Shown here piece after piece: positions 10,336 through 18,610 of a DNA stretch of 30,533 nucleotides. The translations under genes were made by a program, and so were the position numbers. This stretch comes from Candidatus Thorarchaeota archaeon. Its GTDB lineage: Archaea > Asgardarchaeota > Thorarchaeia > Thorarchaeales > Thorarchaeaceae. The notes under the pieces are model-generated. The model was not told the DNA's origin. It ran no database searches and was given only the letters and a program-made list of their open reading frames with translations. Within the stretch, counting starts at the first letter, position 1, and the number at the start of each line of letters is the position of its first letter. The DNA lies in NCBI GenBank assembly GCA_048884785.1, contig JBHLQM010000012.1, positions 28,858 through 59,390 on the forward strand, in the 5' to 3' direction.

Positions 10336-10644
10336 TTACCAGCCACCCTCTTCGCCACCAAACGCATTCAGAATAAAGTAAAGGATGAATCCTAATATCA
10401 CTATGATCACCGCGAATCCAATGACAAAAACCTGTGCAGATCCACGCTCACCGAACCAAGAATTGGCGAATTCTGTCCAATCACCACCTGAAACCAAGGT
10501 CCCAATACCATCAAGAATGAAAGGAGTACTTGTGAACAGCACAATGGCCAAGATGATATAGACTGTTCTTCGCAACCACTTTCGAACCATTTTCTTTTCT
10601 TCAGTTCTTGCAGTTTCGCGAAGTTGTGGTTCTGGTGAGCTCAT
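10336..10644 (-). CDS. Small two-TM membrane protein
   Basis: 102 aa with two hydrophobic helices (VYIILAIVLFTSTPFIL; VFVIGFAVIIVILGFILYFIL) and a basic N-terminus. Confidence 0.75.
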   Translation of the reverse strand: MSSPEPQLRETARTEEKKMVRKWLRRTVYIILAIVLFTSTPFILDGIGTLVSGGDWTEFANSWFGERGSAQVFVIGFAVIIVILGFILYFILNAFGGEEGGW

Positions 10645-10804
10645 ATTCCTGTGTTCTCCGTGTGCTTATGTGCAGAGATGGTATCCTTTTTTCTCTTGCC
10701 CTTTGCACCATGTTTTTCTTAATAAATGCAAGGCAATTGCTTGAAATCTTGCCTCGATTTTAGAAAGCAAAATAAGGATATCATGTTTTTACAAGTGAAG
10801 AGCA

Positions 10805-11587
10805 ATGATCGAGCTGACAATATCCCTGGCAATTACAGGAGCACTTGTGCTTCTCTCAGCGTTCGGAAGACTTCGGTATTTTCCCAAATATAGAATTGTT
10901 AGTAGCTATCTCAGAGAGTCATTTGATGTTAGCAATATGGATTTCTCGGGTAATACTGCATATCCTGATTGCTTCTCTCATGACTGGGTTGTGGATCTAT
11001 TCACGAAGAAGAGACATGGTCGACTTGGCAACTGGTTTCAACGTCAGCTTTTCTACAGTACTCTTTTCACATCGCTCTGGTTTGGAATTATAGCAGGAGT
11101 ATCATCGATTCTATTCGGACTTCTCATTGTATCAGCACTGCTTGCGATAGGTGCAGGAGTTGTTATTTTCTTCTTTGGGGCAATTATTGCGATGGGACCA
11201 GGTGGGCCAAAGTACTCACAAGAGCTCTTGCTTGAACTATATAGTTTGGACAGGCAGAAGCTAAGCAAGGAAGACTATGCTTTTGTCAAAGTTGCTATTC
11301 GTTCTGTGAGCCAATGGACTCTGCTATCATTAGTTATTGCCATTGTCTTTCTACTGAGCGCACCCTTTGGAACTCTTCTCTTTGATACGATCGGAATCGC
11401 CCTTTTGCAATTTGGAGAGGCGATTCTTTGGGGCCCGATGTTTAATCTTTTCGAAGTATGGGCACCTCTCGGAGTTATCTACATATCTCTCGTCGCTCCG
11501 TTCATCTTCATTATCATACCGCTAGTACTATACCTCATATACCGAAGAACACGCTACAGAAGTCTCTTCGATGTGGATGAGGCATAG
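10805..11587 (+). CDS. Hypothetical multi-pass membrane protein
   Basis: 260 aa with about 5-6 hydrophobic segments and a basic C-terminal tail. No family recognised. Confidence 0.75.
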   Translation: MIELTISLAITGALVLLSAFGRLRYFPKYRIVSSYLRESFDVSNMDFSGNTAYPDCFSHDWVVDLFTKKRHGRLGNWFQRQLFYSTLFTSLWFGIIAGVSSILFGLLIVSALLAIGAGVVIFFFGAIIAMGPGGPKYSQELLLELYSLDRQKLSKEDYAFVKVAIRSVSQWTLLSLVIAIVFLLSAPFGTLLFDTIGIALLQFGEAILWGPMFNLFEVWAPLGVIYISLVAPFIFIIIPLVLYLIYRRTRYRSLFDVDEA

Positions 11588-11851
11588 ATTCGAACCCATT
11601 GAGGCTAATGGCATTTGTATAGGAAGAGTATCAGATGACTTTACTGCACCAATTTGTCTGTATGTTGTCATCATAGAGCACTATCAGTCAATATTTCCCT
11701 ATAAGAAGGAAAATAAAGACTAACATATCTCGCAGGGAGTATTATGCGCCCTTTATTTCTCTCCTTATACTCTTGATATGATTGAAACAGAATTGCGTGG
11801 TTTGTATCATTTACCTCCTCCAATATAATTGCAGCAGAACTCTGCTTGGAG

Positions 11852-12214
11852 ATGCTTGACTTGGAAATCTGTAATAACACGGGACTATTCCAGAATGAAT
11901 GTACGTGTCTGGACTGTGTTCCCTGGATATGGCGCTTCAAGAATTTGTGTAACGACTGTGAAACGATTGCAGATATTGTTGAGAGGCTAGAAGAAACACT
12001 TGCATACTTTAGTGCTCTCAATGATGGGAGATACACGATCTCAGGAGCGATTGAACACGACTACACGGAGCTTAGACCACCCTCTCGACAGGGGCTCTAT
12101 TGGATGAGATGTGATGATTGTGGAGCCTTCTTCGAGGTGCCAAGAGGAACTCTCTTGGTGAATTGTGGATTGTGCAAACCAGGAGTGATTGCAAAAGGCG
12201 AAGCTTACTATTGA
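11852..12214 (+). CDS. Cysteine-rich putative Zn/metal-binding protein
   Basis: 10 Cys in about 120 aa: C-x9-CxCxxC, CxxC, and C-terminal CDDC-x14-CGLC. ATG at 11852 (TTG at 11846 is an alternative start). Confidence 0.65.
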   Translation: MLDLEICNNTGLFQNECTCLDCVPWIWRFKNLCNDCETIADIVERLEETLAYFSALNDGRYTISGAIEHDYTELRPPSRQGLYWMRCDDCGAFFEVPRGTLLVNCGLCKPGVIAKGEAYY

Positions 12215-12312
12215 ACCGGCATTCCACATTGCTGTGGACTACTGGGCAAACCTTTTCCTCACAAAAAGCGCTGAGGCACTATTGTAGAATGTACTCCTGC
12301 AGCAAGAGAGTG

Positions 12313-13011
12313 TCACTGGCTATTGCCCTTCCTATCCAAGACAGACTGTGATACTGGTCGGATGCATTCTGAACCTGTATTGGAAGGAGAATTAACAAAC
12401 GTTGATACTTCGTATGCTTCCATCTCGCTGGATGGATAGGGCTTTAGCATTTCTACAATCTCATCAGCTTTCTCAATCGAGATATCAAGCCACTGCTTTT
12501 CATTATCCCTACTGAGAATCACTGGCATTCTGTTGTGGATTGGTTGCAAGATATCATTTGGAGTAGTCGTTATAATTGCACAGCTATGAATGAGCCGATT
12601 CTCTGGGGTTTTCCATATTTCATAAATGCCAGCAAATGCAAATGGTTCTCTTGATTTCAGTCGGATGTACATCGGACGCTTAAGCTTCCCAATTCTCTGC
12701 CACTCGAAGAAGCCATCTGCTAGTATGAAACATCTTCTCTTCTTGATTGCAACCCTAAAAGGAGGCTTCGCCAGAATGGTTTCCGCCCGAGCATTGATCA
12801 GTTTCTGGCCTATCTTCTCATCCCTTGCCCAACTTGGCACAAGACCCCACTTCATTGAAGTTAAGCGTCTATTGGCACCATTCACAACAACACTGATCAT
12901 CTGGGCTGGTGCGATATTATACCGAGGCTGCGGTCGTACCTCAGGCTCTCCTATCCCAAATCGTTCTATGATTGCCTTAACGTTCGTCAGTAATGAGAAT
13001 CGGCCGCACAT
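12313..13011 (-). CDS. SOS response-associated peptidase (SRAP / YedK / HMCES family), abasic-site protection protein
   Basis: N-terminal MCGRF (catalytic Cys2), RYNIAP, WGLVPSW, INARAET, DGFFEW, HNRMPVIL. Confidence 0.95.
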   Translation of the reverse strand: MCGRFSLLTNVKAIIERFGIGEPEVRPQPRYNIAPAQMISVVVNGANRRLTSMKWGLVPSWARDEKIGQKLINARAETILAKPPFRVAIKKRRCFILADGFFEWQRIGKLKRPMYIRLKSREPFAFAGIYEIWKTPENRLIHSCAIITTTPNDILQPIHNRMPVILSRDNEKQWLDISIEKADEIVEMLKPYPSSEMEAYEVSTFVNSPSNTGSECIRPVSQSVLDRKGNSQ

Positions 13012-13147
13012 TGAACTTATTATGGAATTTCAATGTAAAAGGATTGACTTGTGGCTGTTCTTTATGATGACCGAAGAACGCTTATCTAAGAAGTCACATG
13101 GAATAACCTGTAGAAACCAAAAAGGTGACTCAGGAGACCGAAAATAA

Positions 13148-14065
13148 TTGGCCAGGGTGGATTTTGCTTTCATCGATACAAAAGGGAAAACGCGGGTTCT
13201 CAGCTCCAGTGATACTGCGACAAGAATAGAATTTGCAAACAAGAACATCGCAGTCATTGATCTAACTCCCGTGAGTAGTTGTCTACGACTCAGGGATTTT
13301 CTGATATATGGCAATGCAATCCAAGAGCTTGATTTAACACCACTAAGTCGATGCAACCTACTGCGAACCTTGGTCCTGAGAGACAATCGACATAGAACTC
13401 TAGACCTATCACCTCTCAGAGAACATGTAGAGCTGCAGCGTCTTGATTTCAGAAAGAATCAGTTACAGGAATTGAATGTCGACCCGCTTGCAAACCATCG
13501 GATGCTCGAGAAGTTCACTATTGATGGAAATCCCATCATCGAGATCGACGTTAGTGCTCTCATTACATGCAGAGGCTTGAGAGAGGTGGGGCTAGACCGA
13601 CATATGAAGCTTAAAGCGGATAGAAGCCTTATGGGCACTGTTCGTGGTCCCCTGAGCAGTTACAAAAGACGGATAATATGGATTGATAGGCAGGCGACCC
13701 CTGGGCAGCAAGCAGCACCGCAGCATGTTTCCACTGTCGCTCCAGCTGCCAGAAACACTGTTCTTGGGTTATTGAAGTCAGTTCCAAGAATCAGCATGGA
13801 CAAGCTGGCAGAATACACAGACCTCGATGCCGATAGTTCACGGGAACTTGTCTTTGTTCTTGTCGGGAAAGGAGAGGTGGAGGGCAGATATGACCCAGAG
13901 AATGATGAGTTCATCTCCTTGAGTGCAGTTCAAACAGCAAAAGAGCTCAGGTCAGATGGACCCACAGTACATCAATGCCAATACTGCGGAAAACCTCTGC
14001 CTAGAGCACTGACAACCGGAGAGAGATATGTCTGCGAGAGTTGTGGTCAAATAAATGAAGGCTAG
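13148..14065 (+). CDS. LRR protein with C-terminal PCI/winged-helix-like domain and Zn ribbon
   Basis: About 5-6 LRRs of 22 aa (LxxLxLxxNxLxxLDLxPL), a Q/A/P linker, RISMDKLA...LVGKGEVEGRYD, and CQYC-x15-CESC. Confidence 0.85.
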   Translation: MARVDFAFIDTKGKTRVLSSSDTATRIEFANKNIAVIDLTPVSSCLRLRDFLIYGNAIQELDLTPLSRCNLLRTLVLRDNRHRTLDLSPLREHVELQRLDFRKNQLQELNVDPLANHRMLEKFTIDGNPIIEIDVSALITCRGLREVGLDRHMKLKADRSLMGTVRGPLSSYKRRIIWIDRQATPGQQAAPQHVSTVAPAARNTVLGLLKSVPRISMDKLAEYTDLDADSSRELVFVLVGKGEVEGRYDPENDEFISLSAVQTAKELRSDGPTVHQCQYCGKPLPRALTTGERYVCESCGQINEG

Positions 14066-15930
14066 GAATCTCGTTTCCACATAATTGCTATGCCAGCAAT
14101 GACTGCTATACTTCCTCCAGTTATGGCAATACTAAGTGCATTGAACCAGGCCATAGGCATGAAAGAGTCACTAGTGACGCCTGTAGGTGAGTGATTTGCC
14201 ATGGTTCTATTGTTTCCATAGAAATAGTTGGGATTATACGTCATTTCCAGGTATTCTCTAGGGACCTGCATAGAATAATTAAAGGGACCTGATGTTACTA
14301 TAGGGGCCCTATTCGGATCGGGATTCCACATTTGCCAACTGTTGTTGACATAATCGACGAAGACATGTTTTGGAAGAATTGGTTTCAAACCAATAGTTCC
14401 CAAATGCCAGAAAGAAACTCCTTCGAACTCAAAAACAGCTCTATATCGTGAAGGCGCATAGGCAGCTCTGAGATCACTCCCATAGGCAGCTCTGAGATCA
14501 CTCCCATATGGATTTCCATATGATGTCCTATAGAAGTTGATTGTAAAAGCAACATCCTCTGCTGTTAAAGGCATGTTGTCACTCCATGTCGCATTCTTGA
14601 GGATATCAAAGGTAATTCGCATATATCCATCCCTCACATCAGGATTATCACCATGGGTTTCTAAGAAATAGGACTCTGCCAGCCATGGGATTAATTCTCC
14701 TTCTGCAGTTCTCTTCATTAAAGAATCCCAAGGCATGTAGCTGTTGAAATAATGATAGCAACTGCAAGAGACCATGAAGTTGAATTCATCAATGAGCAAG
14801 GGAGATGCGAAACGAAGAGTGCCGCCAAAGGGACCTCCCAATTCTTTCTTGAGACGCGCCTTATATGCAGTCCACCAATCACTAGGACCTTTTAAGGCAT
14901 CACTCACGATACCTTCGAATCTGTCATTCCTGTAAATAGTGCCTAGACGATTCTCATAGCACACAACTATGGGACACTGATATGCCAATATGTACTGCAT
15001 CTGTTTTGCCGCTTCAATAACATCATCAAACTGCGTGCTGTATAGTAGTTGCCCTCTCCAAGAGTCATACGTTGCATTCCGAAACCTAGGAATGTTGAAG
15101 TATGGCTCATCAGCATACTGCGACCAAAATTCAGCAAGCCAGTCCAAGTTAAAATCATTGAAAGTTGCTCCATGAAATACTACATCAAAATCCCAATGAC
15201 AGTAAATACGATTCAGATACTCGTAAAAGTCAGTAATCATGAGAGCCGCATTGATATTCAGTTTTTGGAATGCTGCTACTGCATACTCTCCTACATCAAT
15301 GGCAGTTTTTGAGCGCTCATCAACCTCAACTCTAACATCAAACTGCGACCCGTCAGGTGCTGTCCTGAATCCGGACACCGAATCTATGGCAAACCCGGCG
15401 GCATCAAGAAGCCTGCAACCCTCTTCAAGATCTTCAGAATAATAGGAAAAAGGGAGTTCCTTCTCAATTGAGTAAGGATTACACTTCGGAACTAGTCCGT
15501 CGAGTGGTTCAGAATGGCCATTCCAGACTTCCGCAGATATGGCATTCTTATCTAGTGCAAATGCAAAGGCTCTCCTGAGGGCAGTTTCATTAAGAGGATA
15601 CTTATCACAGTTGAAAGCCAGATAGCCATATCCATTGCGGAGCGTTTCTGAAACAATTATGTCATCCAATCCGCCTAGTTGTTCGAGTGTTTCAGTAGGA
15701 AGACCGCCTAGTAGAATATCTGCTTCATCATCCAATAATGCCAATACTCTCTCATTTTCGCCACTTAATAACTGAAAGCGCATCTTGTCGATGAACGGCC
15801 CATTCTTTGCGCCTCCTGTAGGGATATTCAACGAGATTGCAGAAACAGAATGAATTTGGACTGAGAAGGAGAATATGAGAAGTATGATGAATGAAACAGT
15901 CACCCTTTCAGCCAATCTTCCAATTGTCAC
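14062..15930 (-). CDS. Family 5 (Opp/Dpp-type) ABC solute-binding protein, circularly permuted, C-terminally membrane-anchored
   Basis: Motifs LRRAFAFALDK, GGTL, PWLAES, WSDNMPLTAEDVAFT, TSGPF, NPNYF and a C-terminal TM. Start is uncertain: ATG 15984, GTG 15930, or TTG 15915 after GGAGGTGA. Confidence 0.9.
   Translation of the reverse strand: MTIGRLAERVTVSFIILLIFSFSVQIHSVSAISLNIPTGGAKNGPFIDKMRFQLLSGENERVLALLDDEADILLGGLPTETLEQLGGLDDIIVSETLRNGYGYLAFNCDKYPLNETALRRAFAFALDKNAISAEVWNGHSEPLDGLVPKCNPYSIEKELPFSYYSEDLEEGCRLLDAAGFAIDSVSGFRTAPDGSQFDVRVEVDERSKTAIDVGEYAVAAFQKLNINAALMITDFYEYLNRIYCHWDFDVVFHGATFNDFNLDWLAEFWSQYADEPYFNIPRFRNATYDSWRGQLLYSTQFDDVIEAAKQMQYILAYQCPIVVCYENRLGTIYRNDRFEGIVSDALKGPSDWWTAYKARLKKELGGPFGGTLRFASPLLIDEFNFMVSCSCYHYFNSYMPWDSLMKRTAEGELIPWLAESYFLETHGDNPDVRDGYMRITFDILKNATWSDNMPLTAEDVAFTINFYRTSYGNPYGSDLRAAYGSDLRAAYAPSRYRAVFEFEGVSFWHLGTIGLKPILPKHVFVDYVNNSWQMWNPDPNRAPIVTSGPFNYSMQVPREYLEMTYNPNYFYGNNRTMANHSPTGVTSDSFMPMAWFNALSIAITGGSIAVIAGIAIMWKRDS
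14457..14508 (+). repeat. Perfect 24-bp tandem duplication inside the solute-binding protein gene
   Basis: CATAGGCAGCTCTGAGATCACTCC x2 plus CATA; encodes YGSDLRAAYGSDLRAAY on the minus strand. Confidence 0.97.
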
Positions 15931-16038
15931 CTCCAAACCCAGCCTACTGCCAACGATTAGGAGCTGCAGTCTTATCAAAAGCATATTTGTGTATCTGATG
16001 GCACCTACTAAATGTCTACACCTATAGGATAACTTATC

Positions 16039-16902
16039 CTACCGCTGGCCACTCTTCAGGAAGGACAACTTGGCAAACTCAGCTATCTCTTTGCGTTTTA
16101 GGGCCTCCTTGATGGACATCCCTTCCAATTCAAATCCTAAACGCAGTGAAGCTTTGTCTATCCAATCGTCCCTCAAGTCACGTGCCATAATACTTGCAGC
16201 CGCAACTGCCGTGATGGATTCAGCCCTATGTTTCTGTATCAACTCGATATCTTTTAGATTCAATTTTTGGCCAAGTCGATCCTTCATCTTGGCCCTATCG
16301 AACTCATCTATCACTATTCGAATGTCTGATGTCTTCTTCACCTTCTTGAATACAGATTCTATCACTGTACTATGACCCCATGCCAGCAGGTCATTCAGGT
16401 TCTTACCCTCAGAATGCATAGTCTTCAGACGTTCTTCAAACGTCTTAGGGGGGATGAGCACAGTATGGATGGCAACCGAATGACTCTCAATCTCATGGGC
16501 AAGCTCGCCAATGGTTCCTGAAGAGAGCTCTTTGCTGTCCATGACACCCATACTTCTAAGATGAGCAGCCTGTTCTTCAGTCAATGCGACTGCAGCAATG
16601 GTAAGTGGGCCAAGCCATTCCCCCTTTCCTGCCTCATCAGAACCAATTGTTATGATATCTGACTCAATTCGTTCTAGCGTCTTCGCCGCTCTCTGCAGAA
16701 GACCGGCAGCACTCTTTGTATTGGCAACGACTTTTCCAGAAGTGTAGCCAATTATCAAGCCATCAGAGTAGTAGAATCTGAATGCCTCATACTTGCTAGT
16801 GACTCTGCTAGCATGCGTGTTGTCAGAATCAAGTAGTGCAACTCTGAGCTCGTCTATTTGTTCAGGTAATACTTGGATGACAAACGGATCCATGCTAGAC
16901 AT
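16039..16902 (-). CDS. rnhC: Ribonuclease HIII-like (type 2 RNase H with N-terminal TBP-like domain)
   Basis: GSDEAGKGE..GP, DSKEL, IDEF, RAE, AAASIMAR, AKLSF. The N-terminal extension contains YTSGKVV. Confidence 0.8.
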   Translation of the reverse strand: MSSMDPFVIQVLPEQIDELRVALLDSDNTHASRVTSKYEAFRFYYSDGLIIGYTSGKVVANTKSAAGLLQRAAKTLERIESDIITIGSDEAGKGEWLGPLTIAAVALTEEQAAHLRSMGVMDSKELSSGTIGELAHEIESHSVAIHTVLIPPKTFEERLKTMHSEGKNLNDLLAWGHSTVIESVFKKVKKTSDIRIVIDEFDRAKMKDRLGQKLNLKDIELIQKHRAESITAVAAASIMARDLRDDWIDKASLRLGFELEGMSIKEALKRKEIAEFAKLSFLKSGQR

Positions 16903-17680
16903 CCTCCTCTAAATGTATAATATCTCCCACCGACACCAGCATTTTCACGCCATTCATGTCTTCGAGTAATAGTGTTCCTGTATCAAGTACATCAATAGCT
17001 TTGCCTTGGATTTTTCTATTTCCATCCTCAACAATTACACTGCTACCGAGTGTTATGCAGTTTCTCTTGTAGATGGAAACCACAGTCTCGAGGCTTGGAT
17101 CTTTATCTAGAAAATCTGTAAGATTGTTGAAAATTCCGGCTGCGATTGCATCCATATCGACTTGCTTTGCAGTTTCGTGTAATAGGGAAGTAGAGATTGA
17201 TTGAAGCTCTAGCGGAAATTCCTCAATTCTCGTGTTTACATTTATGCCAATTCCAAGTATTACGTGGAACCTGTTTCCATTCTCGGTAACCAATTCAGAG
17301 AGAATACCACCCAGTTTGCGTCCAGAAACCAGAAGGTCATTTGGCCACTTGATATGAACACTCAAGTCTGTAATTTCCTCTATTACTTTGAGAGCTGCAT
17401 TAGCCAACGCAAATCCATAAAGCGCATAGTTTGCCGGAAGCTCTGAGCCGCGCAATATGATTGACATATACAAGCCCCCCTCTGGAGAGTGCCAGTTTCT
17501 GCCAAAGCGACCTTGGCCGCGGGTTTGAGCTTTCGCAATTATTATTGCCTCACCATCAAACCCTTCTTGAAGGAGTCTTTTAGCTAGATGGTTAGTTGAC
17601 TCAATCTGGTCTTTGATAATAACTTCAGGCAAGCGCTTCCCTGCACCCACTAGTCTTTTGATTCGTTTGGCATTTATCAA
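16895..17680 (-). CDS. birA: Biotin--protein ligase (monofunctional, no HTH)
   Basis: STN, QTRGQGRFGRNWHSP, KWPNDL, RKLGGIL, GIGINV and a C-terminal SH3-like domain. Confidence 0.95.
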   Translation of the reverse strand: MINAKRIKRLVGAGKRLPEVIIKDQIESTNHLAKRLLQEGFDGEAIIIAKAQTRGQGRFGRNWHSPEGGLYMSIILRGSELPANYALYGFALANAALKVIEEITDLSVHIKWPNDLLVSGRKLGGILSELVTENGNRFHVILGIGINVNTRIEEFPLELQSISTSLLHETAKQVDMDAIAAGIFNNLTDFLDKDPSLETVVSIYKRNCITLGSSVIVEDGNRKIQGKAIDVLDTGTLLLEDMNGVKMLVSVGDIIHLEEDV

Positions 17681-17781
17681 GTGAGCAGCCCCGCGATTAA
17701 CTTCAGGAATTCCTCATCCTAATATCCATTCAGAATTGACTTATATTATATGGAAAGACCGTATTCGGGAGTGATGATTTC

Positions 17782-18606
17782 ATGCCAAGTTTCGCAGGCG
17801 CGGTCATACTCCCGGAAAACAGGAAGACACTGCTCTTCAAAAATAGAGACCTCATAAGCTCAGATCATCGCGATACTTTGTTCTACGATGTTGACTGTTT
17901 TGGAGTGAGAGGGATTGATGCAGGAACCTCTCAGATTTCAGGACTGGCAATTGGCGTCAATAGACATGGGCTTTCCGTGGCATGTAGTCATGTGAGAAAT
18001 ACTCCTGAACCTTCATACCACCTGCTTGCGGAACAGATACTTATGTTTGCCAAGGATGCAGAAGATGGTTTAGGCCTTGTTGTTGAGTATTTGAATCAAG
18101 GCAGGAAATATCAGTGGGGCAATCTCGTGCTTGCAGATAGGGATAGCATGCTTGTAATCGAGCTTGCGGGTAACGAGCACTCTATAGAATGGTCACAGCG
18201 GAAAGTCCTGCGTACAAGCCATCATATAATGCTCGACACGGAATATGCATTAAGAGCAGAACAAGAAAACTCTGAAGCTTTCGAATCATCTGTTAAGCGG
18301 GTCGAGCGAGGGTATGAACTACTACGACAGGTCAACAGGGTGGAAGACGTCTTCTCACTCCTGAGAGACCACGGTGATACCCAAAGCCAATCAAGCCTTT
18401 GTCGACATCCTGATTCGACTGGTGATCTTCATACGAGGATGAGCTATGTCGTGGAGGTTGCATATGATGCGGATTCAGGAAAGCCTCGGATTGTTCTGCA
18501 TGTAGCAAATGCCAGTCCTTGCACCGCAACATACAGGGCAATTCCATTGATTTTTCCAGCGGATGAGGAGATAATGCAGAGAGCCACTATGATGTATTTC
18601 TCATAG
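17782..18606 (+). CDS. Ntn-hydrolase fold protein (peptidase C45 / acyltransferase-like), atypical N-terminus
   Basis: LLFKNRD, GVNRHGLSV, NLVLAD...VIE, RTSH, LLRDH...SLCRH. It begins MPSF rather than MC(T). Confidence 0.7.
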   Translation: MPSFAGAVILPENRKTLLFKNRDLISSDHRDTLFYDVDCFGVRGIDAGTSQISGLAIGVNRHGLSVACSHVRNTPEPSYHLLAEQILMFAKDAEDGLGLVVEYLNQGRKYQWGNLVLADRDSMLVIELAGNEHSIEWSQRKVLRTSHHIMLDTEYALRAEQENSEAFESSVKRVERGYELLRQVNRVEDVFSLLRDHGDTQSQSSLCRHPDSTGDLHTRMSYVVEVAYDADSGKPRIVLHVANASPCTATYRAIPLIFPADEEIMQRATMMYFS

Positions 18607-18610
18607 GGCT

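Noticed and set aside
11580-11650. GGGTTCGAATC on the minus strand resembling a tRNA T-loop or att site
   Set aside because: The T-stem does not pair in canonical register, and no D arm, anticodon arm or acceptor stem can be built. Only a 5-6 bp CCATT/AATGG hairpin is present, and there is no integrase nearby.
11671-12036. 121-aa minus-strand ORF
   Set aside because: It is antisense to the Cys-rich gene, Ser-rich and motif-free; treated as a shadow ORF.
12212-12274. Possible selenocysteine read-through of the TGA ending the Cys-rich ORF
   Set aside because: The read-through peptide is short and motif-free, the TGA is not in a CxxU/UxxC context, and I recognised no SECIS element.
12626-13386. 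ORFs 12626..13147 (+) and 13030..13386 (-)
   Set aside because: They are antisense shadows of the well-supported SRAP and LRR genes. The same reasoning applies to the other short nested or antisense ORFs in the track.
14457-14508. 24-bp repeat as a CRISPR or mini-array
   Set aside because: The units are directly adjacent with no spacer, in frame within a CDS, and there are no cas genes.
11600-16900. SRAP + Zn protein + LRR + RNase HIII as a defence island or mobile element
   Set aside because: Orientations are mixed, there is no integrase, transposase or terminal repeat, and I see no obvious compositional shift. An unrelated solute-binding protein gene interrupts the group.
17771-17857. Alternative frame (MISCQ...) that could supply the missing Ntn Cys by frameshift
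   Set aside because: There is no slippery sequence, the Cys would not be at residue 2, and the frame closes quickly. The main ATG has a well-placed SD.
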